Shown: in pieces, positions 36,701 to 38,335 of the stretch
Numbering within the stretch: position 1 is the stretch's first letter
How the letters are laid out: every line of letters begins with the position of its first letter
NCBI RefSeq assembly: GCF_001194135.2
Contig: NC_068985.1
Span: 6,011,701-6,050,035, forward strand
Direction of reading: 5' to 3'
Length of the DNA: 38,335 nucleotides
DNA from: Octopus bimaculoides
Lineage: Eukaryota
Notes under the pieces: generated by a model
Seen by the model: only the letters and a program-made list of their open reading frames with translations
Told to the model about the DNA's origin: nothing
Databases searched by the model: none
Made by a program: the position numbers and the translations under genes

Positions 36701-37361
36701 TGTGTAACGGGAGAGTAAAGGAGGAAGAGTGAGGAAGAGAGAGGGACAGATAGAGAACGGTGAAGGGAAGTGGAAAAGAATTAGAGAACAGATGAGAGAG
36801 AAAGAAACGAAAGGTGGAGGAGGTGAGAATAAAACAATTGAAGAAATGAAGAGAGAGGAAACGAAACAGAAATATATATATATGTATATATATTGCAGGA
36901 AGCAAAAAATAAAACACAAATGATAGTGTCCAGGATTTCGGAATGCTCACCAAAGGAATTTCTGTCCAAGAAAGTTGTTCATCATCTCCCTCTATCTCCC
37001 ACACACCCACTCTNNNNNNNNNNNNNNNNNNNNNNNNNNNNNNNNNNNNNNNNNNNNNNNNNNNNNNNNNNNNNNNNNNNNNNNNNNNNNNNNNNNNNNN
37101 NNNNNNNNNNNNNNNNNNNNNNNNNNNNNNNNNNNNNNNNNNNNNNNNNNNNNNNNNNNNNNNNNNNNNNNNNNNNNNNNNNNNNNNNNNNNNNNNNNNN
37201 NNNNNNNNNNNNNNNNNNNNNNNNNNNNNNNNNNNNNNNNNNNNNNNNNNNNNNNNNNNNNNNNNNNNNNNNNNNNNNNNNNNNNNNNNNNNNNNNNNNN
37301 NNNNNNNNNNNNNNNNNNNNNNNNNNNNNNNNNNNNNNNNNNNNNNNNNNNNNNNNNNNNN

Positions 37362-37384
37362 CTCTCTCTGTCTCTGTCTCTGTC

Positions 37385-37415
<31 letters not shown>

Positions 37416-37422
37416 GTTTCTG

Positions 37423-37459
<37 letters not shown>

Positions 37460-37480
37460 CTCTGTGTCTCTGTCTCTGTC

Positions 37481-37521
<41 letters not shown>

Positions 37522-37530
37522 GTTTCTGTC

Positions 37531-37561
<31 letters not shown>

Positions 37562-37660
37562 GTGTCTCTGTCTCTGTCTCTGTCTCTCTGTCTCTCTCTC
37601 TCTGTTTCTGTCTCTGTCTCTCTCTCTCTCTCTCTCTCTCCCTGTGTCTCTGTCTCTGAC

Positions 37661-37693
<33 letters not shown>

Positions 37694-37708
37694 GTTTCTG
37701 TCTCTGTA

Positions 37709-37743
<35 letters not shown>

Positions 37744-37784
37744 GTGTCTCTGTCTCTGTCTCTGTCTGGCTGTCTGTCTGTCTG

Positions 37785-37845
<61 letters not shown>

Positions 37846-37927
37846 GTCTCTGTCTTTCTCTCTGTCTCTCTCTGTTTCTGTCTCTGTCTCTCTCTCTGTC
37901 TCTCTCTCTCTCTCTGTCTCTCTCTCC
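37362..37927. repeat. Long complex (CT)n/(CTGT)n/(CTCTGT)n low-complexity tract
   Basis: Direct reading. It generates the SL/ER-repeat pseudo-ORFs. Confidence 0.97.
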
Positions 37928-38280
37928 CTTCCTCTTATCATTACTCCCATTGCCACCATCAACTATCATTGCGACTACTTTTAAAGCATCATCAACTCTC
38001 CCTATATCTCTTTGTCTCTCTTTTTCTCCCTCTCTTTTTTCTTTGTTTTTCTCTCTCTCTCTCTTTCTCTCTGTCTGTCTTCGCCAATGGCCTCATTGTC
38101 TGTATGCCTACTATTACTTTCACCCGAGCAAGAGGAGGAGCGACTGAATAGTGAGAGAGGAGGGGGTCAATGTGTGACACACTGCCATACAAATTAGTAA
38201 ATTTGTTTTCGTATTTATTATATTAGATGTTTAATTTTGGGAAAATTGTATTTCAATTAAATTGTATTTTTTATATTCAT

Positions 38281-38329
<49 letters not shown>

Positions 38330-38335
38330 CATATA

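Noticed and set aside
36893-38151. Long ORFs of 238-390 aa (SL- or ER-rich)
   Set aside because: They are translations of N gaps and CT/GT microsatellites.

Overview
AT-rich, repeat-dense eukaryotic non-coding DNA with ten N gaps. No host protein-coding exon can be supported, and most listed ORFs are microsatellite or N-gap artefacts. The SINE families and microsatellite load look like an octopus (coleoid cephalopod) genome; this is recognition, not a database result. The window holds several tRNA-derived SINE families (single, dimer and trimer copies), a 47-bp satellite, a LINE ORF1/5' end relic, a CR1/L2-type RT 3' end, a Lep1-like non-autonomous Helitron, a mariner transposase relic and fold-back MITE-like elements. 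The most interesting signal is a set of Penelope-like element (PLE) termini carrying minimal type I hammerhead ribozymes. At 23281-24490 a ~1.2 kb palindrome has two arms that each read: GIY-YIG endonuclease C-terminus, tRNA-like Pol III promoter, trinucleotide microsatellite, hammerhead. A second hammerhead family sits at 28748-28807, and weaker hammerhead-like motifs occur elsewhere.
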